64,000 bases of DNA from Kiritimatiellia bacterium (lineage in GTDB: Bacteria; Verrucomicrobiota; Kiritimatiellia; JAQICX01). Under the pieces are notes generated by a model. That model did not search any database. It had not been told where the DNA came from and saw only the letters and a program-made list of their open reading frames with translations. Below, piece after piece: positions 27,037 through 36,863 of this stretch. The stretch lies in contig JAQICX010000069.1 in NCBI GenBank assembly GCA_027858345.1, positions 5,222 through 69,221 on the forward strand. Direction: 5' to 3'. How positions within the stretch are numbered: position 1 is the first letter of the stretch; each line of letters opens with the position of its first letter. The translations under genes were made by a program, and so were the position numbers.

Positions 27037-28806
27037 TTAAATTTCTATTACTATTTTCTTATTATCTTTGGATATAATAACATCTTTCACCACTTCTCGT
27101 CCATCATATGAAACAAAAATTTTATATTTTCCATAAAATGCCTTCAAATCTGCTTTTCCATCTTTTGTTGTAGTCAATGTTCTATTTGTCCACCACTTAT
27201 CAAAAACTAACTTCTTATATGTCCTAGCATTCAGTTTCTCACGCCAATCTTTTGTATAAAAGGCGCAATCTCCTCTCCAGTGTGAACCTTCCCAGAAGCC
27301 CCACATCTGAAATTCTTTAACAGCAGGATGACTAAAAATCATCGTCATAAAATCTTCTGTAAACTCTGCCTGACCTTTTTCATCTTTAGTATTCACATCA
27401 AATTCGGTAATTTTTATATCTAACCCCAACTTAGCAAAATCGTCCAGAATAGCTTTAATCGTAGGCATATCCAGATAATTGTTGCCAAAGTGACATTGCA
27501 TACCAATACCATCAACAGGCGCTCCATTATCAATTAAATACTTGATTGTCTCTTTATATTTCTGGTGTTCTTTTGTATTAACTCCCGAAGTTGCAAGAAT
27601 TGAGTATTCATTTATATAAAGCACTGCATCTGGATTGGTTTTCTTAGCAGTTTTATACCAATCAACCATAATATCATCACCACATACCTGCATAAGGTCA
27701 TTATTTGCTCTTGGCTCATTCAATACATCCCACTCATTAAAATATTGTTTAGTGGCAGAAACAATATCTACAATATGTTTTTCACACTCTTCTCTGATTT
27801 TTTCAGGATTATCTTTGTATTGTTGAAGTGCTTTTGAAACATGCTTCCAAGAAGGCCAGACAAGAACATGTCCCCTAAAAAACAGTCCATTATCAACAGC
27901 CCATTTAATTGACTTTAATGTGCCTGCCTGATCTGTATTCCAATTTCCACCTGCCCAACACGGCCACTTAAGCGAATTTTCTGTACCTGTAGCATTAAAC
28001 AACTCTAAAATCTTTTCTTTATATATGATTCCATCTTTTGATTCATCAACAATCCACTTAGTTGAAAAAATAGAACCAAACAGAAATTCATGTTTTTTCA
28101 TATTAAGGACAATCCCCGCACCTTTAACTGGTTTACCTTTTTTGTCAACAACGGAAATTTCAAAATCCCCCATTCGATACTGCTCTATACGTTCTTGAGC
28201 ACTCTTTTTCCAAGGGGCATCTTTTTTATATATATAGCTCATTTTTAATGGTGTTGACTCTAGCTTTTTAATATCAGTTCCTTTTGGATAACGAAGAAGT
28301 TGCACTCCTGCGATATCAACCTGTTGAGTACTAAAACCAAAACCAAAGCATAAACTACCTTTGTTCATTGAATAGTCCTGACTTGCAACAAATGGAAATG
28401 AGTACTCTTTCCAATGCTCACCATCTACGAATGTTGTGTTGCAAATATCTTTACTATAATTTGGATAGTTTTGCTGAAAATATGCGGTGATAGACCCTGG
28501 CATAGCACCTGCATTTCTAACTGCAAATTTAATCATCAGAACATCCCCCTTGCTGATATCTGCAGCAACAGGTTTGATTAGTTGAACCATATAAAAAACA
28601 CCATAATTCTGATCGGTTACAACTCGTATATATTTTTTGTATTTTCCATTGCCGTCTTCATGAAAACTCATATTAGAACCATATGATTCTCTCATAAGAT
28701 AATCATCAGAAGAAACAAGCGTTTCAGGTTTTGCAACTTCAGCCTGCGAATTAGAGATCCCAGCAAATACTATTAGTCCCATTAAAAACTTTCCAAACCA
28801 ATTCAT
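27037..28806 (-). CDS. secreted GH10 endo-1,4-beta-xylanase with an N-terminal CBM-like domain
   Basis: 589 aa with a signal peptide. Has GHVLVWPSW, WDVLNEP (acid/base Glu) and DIKITEFDV (nucleophile Glu). Confidence 0.8.
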   Translation of the reverse strand: MNWFGKFLMGLIVFAGISNSQAEVAKPETLVSSDDYLMRESYGSNMSFHEDGNGKYKKYIRVVTDQNYGVFYMVQLIKPVAADISKGDVLMIKFAVRNAGAMPGSITAYFQQNYPNYSKDICNTTFVDGEHWKEYSFPFVASQDYSMNKGSLCFGFGFSTQQVDIAGVQLLRYPKGTDIKKLESTPLKMSYIYKKDAPWKKSAQERIEQYRMGDFEISVVDKKGKPVKGAGIVLNMKKHEFLFGSIFSTKWIVDESKDGIIYKEKILELFNATGTENSLKWPCWAGGNWNTDQAGTLKSIKWAVDNGLFFRGHVLVWPSWKHVSKALQQYKDNPEKIREECEKHIVDIVSATKQYFNEWDVLNEPRANNDLMQVCGDDIMVDWYKTAKKTNPDAVLYINEYSILATSGVNTKEHQKYKETIKYLIDNGAPVDGIGMQCHFGNNYLDMPTIKAILDDFAKLGLDIKITEFDVNTKDEKGQAEFTEDFMTMIFSHPAVKEFQMWGFWEGSHWRGDCAFYTKDWREKLNARTYKKLVFDKWWTNRTLTTTKDGKADLKAFYGKYKIFVSYDGREVVKDVIISKDNKKIVIEI

Positions 28807-28850
28807 ATACTTAACCTTTTTTATAATATTATAGACAAACCAAACAACAA

Positions 28851-30125
28851 TTAGTCATGATGCAAGGCTGTTATCGGATCCAAATTTGCAGCACGAACAG
28901 CGGGATATATACCAAATACAATACCAATTGTGATACTTATTCCAAATGAAAGTATTACACTTCCCGGTGTAACATCCGTAGGCATTGACGAGAACGTTGT
29001 TATTAAGTATGGAATAAATATTCCGACAACAACACCTATTATTCCTCCAAGACCAGACAAAACAACGGTTTCAATTAAAAACTGTGTAGTTATTTGACGC
29101 TTCTTAGCTCCAATTGCTCGTCGAATCCCAATCTCTTTAGTACGCTCTGTAACCGATGCCAGCATTATATTCATAATACCAATTCCGCCAACAATTAAAC
29201 TGATTCCCGCTATTGAGCCAAGTACAATATTAAACGTTCTCTTTGTGGCCTCTGCCTGCTGCAGTAAAGAAAGCGGAACGCTGATCTCATAATCTTGCTT
29301 CTTATGATACTTTGAAAAAATTGCTTTAATAGCGGCAGCAGATTTTTCAACATTGTCAATACTATTAATTTCCACAATAAGTTGGTGCAAATCAATCTGT
29401 TCAATAGAGCGGGAACCTGCAGTAGACTGAACAATAGTCTTGCCACCTCTATTAATCATGGTATCAATAGGTATGTAAATATCAGTCTTTTTATCTGGTG
29501 CTTGAATAGATGAATCTCCACCAGAAGCCGAATTCTTAACAATTCCGATAACTTTATAAGGAAAATTTGCAACTTTAATATTCTGACCAATAATTTTGCT
29601 GTTTGCCAGCATTTTACGAGCCCCATATTCTGTCAATATACAAACAGCATGATCACCCGATGTATCATCTTCATTAAAAACTCTTCCGCACAGTACAGGT
29701 CTTTTAATTATGCCAAACCAATCTGCAGTGGTTCCTACAACTCTCAACTCCTGTGTTTTTTCAGCTAGACTTGCAGTTTGCTGCATGGTTCGTATTGGAA
29801 CAGTTCGAACCACATCAGGTATTGACGTCATAATTCGTTCGCGGTCTTCATCAGTAATACCATATATACTCATAAAACTGCTTCTCTGCTGACCCTTTTC
29901 GCTATCTGAGACAGGCTTAACAGAAGTTATTATTATATTATTACTACCAAGAGCTTTGATTTGATCCATTGCCTGAATGCTGGCTCCCTCACCAACTGCA
30001 AGCATGGCAATAACACTACCCACGCCAAAAACAACTCCAAGTGTTGTCAAAAAAGATCTCATGAAATGCAATTGCAAACTTTTAAGACCTGACTTTATAT
30101 TACGAACCAATAATAAATTCTTCAT
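28851..30125 (-). CDS. MacB/FtsX-type ABC transporter permease
   Basis: 424 aa. TM1, then a large periplasmic MacB_PCD-like loop, then 3 C-terminal TMs with RTKEIGIRRAIGAKKRQI. No ATPase gene adjacent. Confidence 0.8.
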   Translation of the reverse strand: MKNLLLVRNIKSGLKSLQLHFMRSFLTTLGVVFGVGSVIAMLAVGEGASIQAMDQIKALGSNNIIITSVKPVSDSEKGQQRSSFMSIYGITDEDRERIMTSIPDVVRTVPIRTMQQTASLAEKTQELRVVGTTADWFGIIKRPVLCGRVFNEDDTSGDHAVCILTEYGARKMLANSKIIGQNIKVANFPYKVIGIVKNSASGGDSSIQAPDKKTDIYIPIDTMINRGGKTIVQSTAGSRSIEQIDLHQLIVEINSIDNVEKSAAAIKAIFSKYHKKQDYEISVPLSLLQQAEATKRTFNIVLGSIAGISLIVGGIGIMNIMLASVTERTKEIGIRRAIGAKKRQITTQFLIETVVLSGLGGIIGVVVGIFIPYLITTFSSMPTDVTPGSVILSFGISITIGIVFGIYPAVRAANLDPITALHHD

Positions 30126-30141
30126 ATATTATATATTTACC

Positions 30142-31533
30142 TTAATCATCATTCTCATCATAAACTTCAGGTAGTTTCTTAGATGTAATATCTTTCTGTG
30201 TTCTAGCTTTAAAATCTAAATACACAAAAGCACCTTCCAACCCAAAAGTTTCTCTCAACTGTTTCATCAAATATGATTTATAATTTGGTTTTAAGTATTT
30301 TGGACTATTAACATAAAATCTAAATCTAATTGGCTCTATGCCAGTTTGAGTAACATAATATATTTTAAGTCTCTTACCATTAACACTCTGAGGATTAACT
30401 TTTTTATATGCATTCTGAACAGCTCTATTAAGAATCCCTGTAGGTATCTGTGTAGAGACCTGTGCACCAACATGATCAATAGCATCTAAACTTCTTCTAA
30501 TATTATATCCATCTTTTGATGAAACAAAAACCAAAGGACAATGTGCTAAAAATCCAATTTCCTTTAAAAGCTTTGGACCAAACTGAGTTTGTGTCTCTTC
30601 CTGCAGATCCCATTTGTTAACCAAAACCACACATCCCTTGTAGAACTTTGCAATCATGGCTGCAATTTTCTTATCCTGTACAGTAGGTCCTTGGATAGCA
30701 TCAAGAACAAGGACTGCAACATCACAACGCTTAATACTGTCCTCGGATCTAAATTGACTATACTTCTCAACCGTATCTTTTATTTTGCCCATCTTACGCA
30801 TACCGGCAGTATCCATCAAACTATAATGTCGCGCCTGCTTACCATGACCAAATGTGAATGGAATGTCCACGCTGTCACGTGTGGTTCCTGCAACATCTGA
30901 AACGATTAGTCTATTCTCCTGCAAAATTCTATTGATATATGAAGATTTGCCAACATTTGGTCTGCCAACAACAGCAACTTTCAAAGGATTATCAATGGTC
31001 ACACTTTCTATTTCAGGCAATTCTGCAACAACCGCCTCCAAAAGAGGTTCAAAACCTTTGTTGTTTATTGCTGAAACAGGAAACACAGGAAAACCAAGTT
31101 TAGCAAACTCATCAGTATGTGCAATATATTGGGTGCTATCAACTTTATTCGCTGCAACAAAAGTTTTAATTCCACTGTTTCTAAGAATCTTTGCAACTTC
31201 TTCATCCAGCACCTGAAGACCTGCTTGAACATCAACTACCAAAATTGCAACTTCAGCATCCTGTAAAGCAGCTTCAGCTTGTGCTACAATCCCCGCATCA
31301 ATGTGGTCATTATTTACTGATTTATCAATCATGGCAATACCACCAGTATCAATCAGCTCAAATCTTTCATCTCGCCAATTAACTTCACGCATAACTCTAT
31401 CTCTTGTCACACCACTCTCAGCATGAACAATTGAAACTCTCGTTCCAACCAGTCTGTTAAACATAGCTGATTTACCAACATTTGGTCTACCAACAATGGC
31501 AACGACTCTTGTTTTTTCCACTTCATCTGTCAT
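30142..31533 (-). CDS. der: ribosome-biogenesis GTPase Der (EngA)
   Basis: 463 aa. Two G-domains (GRPNVGKSAMFN and GRPNVGKSSYIN) plus a KH-like C-terminus. Confidence 0.95.
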   Translation of the reverse strand: MTDEVEKTRVVAIVGRPNVGKSAMFNRLVGTRVSIVHAESGVTRDRVMREVNWRDERFELIDTGGIAMIDKSVNNDHIDAGIVAQAEAALQDAEVAILVVDVQAGLQVLDEEVAKILRNSGIKTFVAANKVDSTQYIAHTDEFAKLGFPVFPVSAINNKGFEPLLEAVVAELPEIESVTIDNPLKVAVVGRPNVGKSSYINRILQENRLIVSDVAGTTRDSVDIPFTFGHGKQARHYSLMDTAGMRKMGKIKDTVEKYSQFRSEDSIKRCDVAVLVLDAIQGPTVQDKKIAAMIAKFYKGCVVLVNKWDLQEETQTQFGPKLLKEIGFLAHCPLVFVSSKDGYNIRRSLDAIDHVGAQVSTQIPTGILNRAVQNAYKKVNPQSVNGKRLKIYYVTQTGIEPIRFRFYVNSPKYLKPNYKSYLMKQLRETFGLEGAFVYLDFKARTQKDITSKKLPEVYDENDD

Positions 31534-31553
31534 AATAAATTCCTTAAACTGTA

Positions 31554-31720
31554 TTATCCATAAACTTTGTAGCGAAATAGCGTAGAGTGCTTAAAGTCAA
31601 TGAGATTGTGCTGAATAACAGATGTAGGTTTATAAATATAAATCAAATTTGTTATTCAAACTAACTCTTTGAATTTGAATGCAATACGCTATTGCAGTAG
31701 ATTTTTATGAATAATTCAGA
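31554..31720. repeat. ~170-bp long imperfect palindrome element, copy 1
   Basis: Arms TTATCCATAAA/TTTATGAATAA, AATAGCGTA/TACGCTATT and TGAATAACA/TGTTATTCA. Aligns along its length with 34307..34480. Confidence 0.8.
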
Positions 31721-32524
31721 CTAAACATTAACTTCCGCAAAACCCTCTACAACATTTTGTAGTTTGCCTATATTTTCAATTTCCACCTCAATCTTATCCC
31801 CGTCTTTAAGGAATACAGCTGGGTCACGTGTAAAACCAACTCCACCTGGAGTTCCTGTCAAAATAACTGTACCAGGCAACAATGTTGTTCCTCTTGACAC
31901 ATATGAAATAATTTCCGCAACAGAAAAAAGCATTGAAGCAGTTGTGTCATCCTGCATAACTTTTCCATTCAATCGCTGCGTAATTCTTAAATCTGTTGGA
32001 TCCAGCTCAGTTTCAACCACAGGTCCCAAAGGACAGAAAGTGTCAAATGACTTTCCTCGAACCCATTGTCCTCCATTTGAAAACTGAGCATCCCGGGCAG
32101 AAATGTCCTGAGCACAGGTATATCCCAAAACATACTCCAATGCCTTTTCTTTAGGTATATTTTTGCCTGTCTTTCCAATAATAACTGCAAGTTCAGCCTC
32201 ATAGTCAACCTCATCAGAATTGAATATCGGTATCAAAATCTTTTCATTATGAGCTGTAACGGTATTTGTTGTCTTAATAAAGATAACAGGATTCTCAAGC
32301 TCTTCCTCTAATTGTGTCTCCTTGCAATGCTCACTATAATTCTTACCAACTGCATAAATATTTCCAGGATTTACTGGAGGAAGAAAAGATTCTATATCAT
32401 CCCATTTCATCTTCTCACCAGAATCAACCAGACCATTTGCAGATGCATCCTGCAAATAAACATCGTCGCCATCAACTCTACCACAAACTTCAACTCTATC
32501 TTTTAAAAATCTAACTAATTTCAT
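31721..32524 (-). CDS. fumarylacetoacetate hydrolase (FAH) family protein
   Basis: 267 aa. Has DYEAELAVIIGK, RDAQ, GKSFDTFCPLGP and the GTPGGVG motif. Confidence 0.85.
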   Translation of the reverse strand: MKLVRFLKDRVEVCGRVDGDDVYLQDASANGLVDSGEKMKWDDIESFLPPVNPGNIYAVGKNYSEHCKETQLEEELENPVIFIKTTNTVTAHNEKILIPIFNSDEVDYEAELAVIIGKTGKNIPKEKALEYVLGYTCAQDISARDAQFSNGGQWVRGKSFDTFCPLGPVVETELDPTDLRITQRLNGKVMQDDTTASMLFSVAEIISYVSRGTTLLPGTVILTGTPGGVGFTRDPAVFLKDGDKIEVEIENIGKLQNVVEGFAEVNV

Positions 32525-32711
32525 TGTCTTCCTTCTTCCTAATTCCCATCTTTTTCAAAAGTTTAATACTCTTTTCAGACCTATTTTCTTATAAATCAAC
32601 GGGATACAGACTATTTTGTTCCCGCTTTGCGGGACTAGCAAAGCTAGCACACGTTTTTTCGTCGGTCAACGCCCCACGCTACAGGTGTTTTGTGTCTGCA
32701 AATTAAACCTA

Positions 32712-32802
32712 GTCCGCCCAAGCTCCTCCCCTGGCTATCCACGCATTGCGGGATAGTCCCGCTCTGCGGGATCACCTCGCCTGCGAGGTGGGAGGGGTAT
32801 TC
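32712..32802 (+). repeat. ~95-nt GC-rich intergenic module, copy 1
   Basis: GTCCGCCCAAGCTCCTCCCCTGGCTATCCACGCATTGCGGGATAGTCCCGC...CACCTCGCCTGCGAGGTGGGAGGGGTATTCC. Matches 58660..58755. Confidence 0.8.
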
Positions 32803-32838
32803 CGTTTCATATTTTTTCATACGATTTGTAACAGTACT

Positions 32839-34206
32839 TTAATTACCTGGTTCATTCTCTATTTTCATCATATCATAACAACCTAAATCAACAAAGCCAA
32901 ATGTCGGCAAATGTACAGTTAGGTAATGTAGCTGTTTTGTATGTTTTTGCAAGTCTATAATGGCTTTTTTGCCTCTAGAAATCTCTTTTCCATCCAAAAA
33001 CCACACAGCGCTCTTAAACACACTTGTTTCATCTTCATTCTCAAAGACATATGTGGCTTCACATTCATCACCCTTTTTCTCAAGAACAATTTTAATTCTT
33101 GCCTTTCCTCCCCATGGAGAAACCATTGGATCCCCAACAAAAAGTTGTTGCAAAGGACAATATGTCGCTTGATAAAATGCCTCAATCGACTTACAACCAC
33201 CCTTATAAAAATACCAAAAATAACTTGTTGGAAACTTTTGCCAAATTGCATATGGTTCTGTAACTGTTCCACACGCCAACGTTGCTCCTGCTCTCAACCA
33301 ATCAGATAATTTAGTCTGACCTTTGGTTTGAAAACGTCCACCAAAACTTGTTAGGTTATCCACCATTGAACCAGGAAGATACTTACATCCTGAATCTGTA
33401 TTCATAGATGCCCTGCCAACCCAAATTCCAAGAACATCACCACATGTCTCATTTGGCAGTTCAGCACAAACAACACTTTTCAGTCCAACCTTATCTAAAA
33501 CCTTTGTAGCACCTTCAACCTGCCAAAGTCTGCAAGTAGTCCTAACATCACTATTTGTTACAAAATACACATCACCATTTGGATAGGTCGAATCCCCCTG
33601 AACTCCGCGTTCAAGACTCTCATACACTTCATCAACACTATTTCCTCGTTCACCAATATATCCAAGCATCATTGACAGCAAAGGACGGTCAGAAGCAGAT
33701 TTTCCCTTCATTGAAAATGAAAAACTCTTTGGTTCCAACAACCTGCCGCTTTGCAAAGGTCCTCCATAATATGGAGATCTATATTGCCCTCCTTTAATAA
33801 CATGATCTGCCGGCAGCTCATTTCTAACATATGTTAATCCTGTGATTGATACCTGAGGACTTGTTTTTATAGTTGTAGGCATATCAACCGAATAAATCCA
33901 ACCGTGTAAATTTTTCAATCCTTTTTCAACAATACTCTTATTAACTGCTTTCCAAATCTTTTCCGTGAACACATCCTGAGTGATTTCGACGGGAAATTTA
34001 TCGTCTTCAGCCGGAATAGAGACCTCAATAATATTGACATTTGGAACCTTACGCAATTCACAATACTTTTCTGCAACGGCCTTAGAATCTGACGAATCTC
34101 TGTTCACAATTATAGCCAACTCATCAGGATATAAGGCAAACACAGTCTCAATCATAACACTTAATACTAATATAATAATTTTAAATTTCATAACAATTTC
34201 AACCAT
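32839..34206 (-). CDS. secreted hypothetical protein
   Basis: 455 aa with an N-terminal signal/anchor. No catalytic motif recognised. It recalls conserved hypotheticals of Planctomycetes/Verrucomicrobia, but I cannot verify this. Confidence 0.45.
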   Translation of the reverse strand: MVEIVMKFKIIILVLSVMIETVFALYPDELAIIVNRDSSDSKAVAEKYCELRKVPNVNIIEVSIPAEDDKFPVEITQDVFTEKIWKAVNKSIVEKGLKNLHGWIYSVDMPTTIKTSPQVSITGLTYVRNELPADHVIKGGQYRSPYYGGPLQSGRLLEPKSFSFSMKGKSASDRPLLSMMLGYIGERGNSVDEVYESLERGVQGDSTYPNGDVYFVTNSDVRTTCRLWQVEGATKVLDKVGLKSVVCAELPNETCGDVLGIWVGRASMNTDSGCKYLPGSMVDNLTSFGGRFQTKGQTKLSDWLRAGATLACGTVTEPYAIWQKFPTSYFWYFYKGGCKSIEAFYQATYCPLQQLFVGDPMVSPWGGKARIKIVLEKKGDECEATYVFENEDETSVFKSAVWFLDGKEISRGKKAIIDLQKHTKQLHYLTVHLPTFGFVDLGCYDMMKIENEPGN

Positions 34207-34306
34207 CTTTAAAAAAACTATGGGGATGTCCTAAAACTCACAAAGTGTTATTCCTAATATTCCAGGAAAAACAAAAATTGAGTTATAGGACTCTCCCTAA
34301 CCAGAT

Positions 34307-34480
34307 TTATTCATAAATTTCGTTGCGAGATGGCGTAGAGTGCTTGAGATCAATGAGATAGCGAAAAATAATAGGAGAAGGTTTATAAACATAAATCAAA
34401 ATTATTATTTAAGCTAAATCTTTGATATTAAGTACTATACGTTATCGCAGTAGAAGTTTTATGAATAATTCAGGTTAAAT
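34307..34480. repeat. ~170-bp long imperfect palindrome element, copy 2
   Basis: TTATTCATAAATTTCGTTGCGAGATGGCGTAGAGTGCTTGAGATCAATGAGAT...TACGTTATCGCAGTAGAAGTTTTATGAATAA. Same orientation as copy 1. Confidence 0.8.
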
Positions 34481-34506
34481 AAAATAAAATCGTCTGCAGT
34501 TTTCCC

Positions 34507-36144
34507 TCAACCAGAGATTATACTTTTTGCCTTCTTCCTAACATCTGATATGCGCTTATAACTTACGCTGATGTTTGAAACTCCAATATCAATAAACTTC
34601 TGAGTATACCTTGGATCACCTGCAAGCTCACCACAAACAGATAAATGCTTGCCTGCAGCTTTGGCCTCATCAGAAATACTCTTTATTAAATTCCAGAAAA
34701 CCGGCTTATCAGGACTATAATCATATGCAACTCTCTCATTATTGCGGTCAACAGCAAATAGATGCTGAATCAAATCATTTGTTCCAATACTTGCAAAATC
34801 AACAACTTCAAACAACTCTTTTGCTGCCAGACATGCACATGGAACTTCAAACATAATACCATGATGTATAGTGCCACACTCCAAATCTTTGATAGATTCT
34901 TCAAACAGTGCCTTGACTTCAAGGAACTGAGGAACATCAATAATCATCGGATACATAACATAAACAGGTCCATGAACAGATGCTCGAGCTATTGCTCTGG
35001 CCTGAGTTTTCAATATTTCAGGCCTCTGTAACAACAACCTCGTTCCCCTCCAACCAAGAGCTGGATTACTCTCTTCAGGCATATCGAGAAAAGGCAATGT
35101 TTTATCACTACCAATATCAAACATTCTAAAAATCACTGGTCCATTCTTAACCCTTTGAACCACATCTGAATAACGTTCATAAAGTTCATCCTCTGTCATC
35201 AAACGCCCACGGGCAATCAACTCAAACTCAGTTCTATAAAGTCCAACCCCCTCTGCACAAACTTCCAGAAGTTGATCCAGCTGAGTTGAAAAACTAATAT
35301 TTCCCATAACCCTGTAACCTTCTACAGGCTCACTACAATAATCAGTCACATCTGGCATGCAGTCAAATTCAAGTTTTTCTTCAATGGTTTCCGGTGAAGG
35401 CCATACAATAACTTCCCCATGAGTACCATCAATTATAACCTCTGTGCCGTCCTCCAATGTTGCATATACATTGGGTATACCACTAACTGCTGGAATTCCC
35501 ATTGAACGTGCCAAAATTGCAGCGTGTGAGTTCAATCCACCTTTTTCTGTAATAAATCCTTTAACTTCAGCTGTATCAACCTTCATAGTCAAAGATGGTG
35601 TCAACTCCCTGACAACCACAATCATCGATTTGCCAATTTTCTTATTCTTATCAAATTTGGTTGGATGATACTGGGATATATTCGAATAGTTCGACAATAG
35701 ACGATGTTTAATATCTGAAAAGTCACTTGCTCGTTCACGCATATGCTCATCTTCAAAACTCAGCAACTGGTTTTCAAACGCTTCAAAAACTTGAGAAACG
35801 GCAGCTTCAGCATTCATACGCTTTTCTTCAACCAGCTTAAGAATCTTACCATAGACAAGATCATCTTCCAGCATCAAAATTTGAGCAGTAAAAATTCCCG
35901 CTTCTGTTGCTCCAATTTTTGATCGAACTTCTTCTTCCAAATCAGAAATTTGCTTTTTTGTTTTATCAAACGCTTCAATGGTTCGCTGTAATTCCTGCTC
36001 AACGTCTTTAGACGTTGCAAGCGTATACGATGGAATATCAAGCTTTTGATCCTTGTCCAGCCTACAAACCTTTGCAACTGCACAACCATCACTAAGGCCT
36101 ATACCCTTAAGTCTAGACTCTAATTTTATGCTGTTTTTCTGCAT
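34507..36144 (-). CDS. ptsI: phosphoenolpyruvate-protein phosphotransferase (PTS enzyme I)
   Basis: 545 aa. Has GGLNSHAAILARSMGIPAV (active-site His region), FRMFDIGSDK and SIGTNDLIQ. Confidence 0.9.
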   Translation of the reverse strand: MQKNSIKLESRLKGIGLSDGCAVAKVCRLDKDQKLDIPSYTLATSKDVEQELQRTIEAFDKTKKQISDLEEEVRSKIGATEAGIFTAQILMLEDDLVYGKILKLVEEKRMNAEAAVSQVFEAFENQLLSFEDEHMRERASDFSDIKHRLLSNYSNISQYHPTKFDKNKKIGKSMIVVVRELTPSLTMKVDTAEVKGFITEKGGLNSHAAILARSMGIPAVSGIPNVYATLEDGTEVIIDGTHGEVIVWPSPETIEEKLEFDCMPDVTDYCSEPVEGYRVMGNISFSTQLDQLLEVCAEGVGLYRTEFELIARGRLMTEDELYERYSDVVQRVKNGPVIFRMFDIGSDKTLPFLDMPEESNPALGWRGTRLLLQRPEILKTQARAIARASVHGPVYVMYPMIIDVPQFLEVKALFEESIKDLECGTIHHGIMFEVPCACLAAKELFEVVDFASIGTNDLIQHLFAVDRNNERVAYDYSPDKPVFWNLIKSISDEAKAAGKHLSVCGELAGDPRYTQKFIDIGVSNISVSYKRISDVRKKAKSIISG

Positions 36145-36382
36145 ACCTTTTATATTCCCCTTAAATATTCTTTCTCATCATTACATCAAAAAAAACTTCA
36201 TTGTTTATACCATTTATCCAATGCAAACGCAAGAATAACTTTAACAGATGACTCTTTTCCTTGATTTTTCGGTTGAACGTAGTTATGACAACGAGGATCC
36301 CGCATTCCGGGACTCCCAACATGCAAACAACCGTTGTCTTGGAAAAACGGGAGCGGCAATGTCCTCATTGCCATAAAATAAT

Positions 36383-36476
36383 ATTTTTCACTTTATCACC
36401 CAAAAAAGTAAAAGTTGAAATTTTAATGCTTGATTTTGTTGGCTCAAACAGATGTTTTCTTGTCCAACCGAAAAAC
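36383..36476 (-). repeat. ~120-bp intergenic repeat, copy 4 (inverted)
   Basis: ATTTTTCACTTTATCACCCA...TTGGCTCAAACAGAT...TCCAACCGAAAAAC matches the reverse complement of 6555..6677. A further fragment CTTGATTTTTCGGTTGA lies at 36260..36276. Confidence 0.7.
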
Positions 36477-36517
36477 TGAGGCTCTTTTCCTAACTTTTTA
36501 AGTGAAATGCCCTTTTC

Positions 36518-36652
36518 GGCGGGGTGAAGCACCTGTCCATTCCTCCTTCGCTGTTCCAGACTACGAGCTGACATGAAAGTTGAGAATGCTGAAACAAAAG
36601 CTAAATGTATGGTCTACGGGCGTTTTGTAGGGTCGGGGTGCTTCACCCCTCC
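36518..36652. repeat. second family-2 REP-like pair (left unit truncated)
   Basis: GGCGGGGTGAAGCACC at 36518..36533. TGTAGGGTCGGGGTGCTTCACCCCTCC at 36626..36652. The second is near-identical to the 6.7-kb units. Confidence 0.75.
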
Positions 36653-36834
36653 TTTACCCAACACTATGTCATGCGAAGCTTGCTGTATCCTGCGTAGCTC
36701 TTCGCGAAAATGGTTAAAAAAAAAGAAAACTAACTCCCTAATCTCAGTGCCGTAAAATCAACTTGTTACTGCTGACCAAAAACTAAGGATTAATAAGAAA
36801 AACCAAGAAAAGACGAAAAAAAACATTTTAACAT

Positions 36835-36863
36835 TTGACACAACAGTCAATATTTGTAATAAT
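36835..36863 (+). promoter_or_regulatory. candidate promoter of tRNA-Cys
   Basis: TTGACA-N17-AATAAT (or N16-TAATAA), ending ~28 nt upstream of the tRNA 5' end. Confidence 0.4.
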
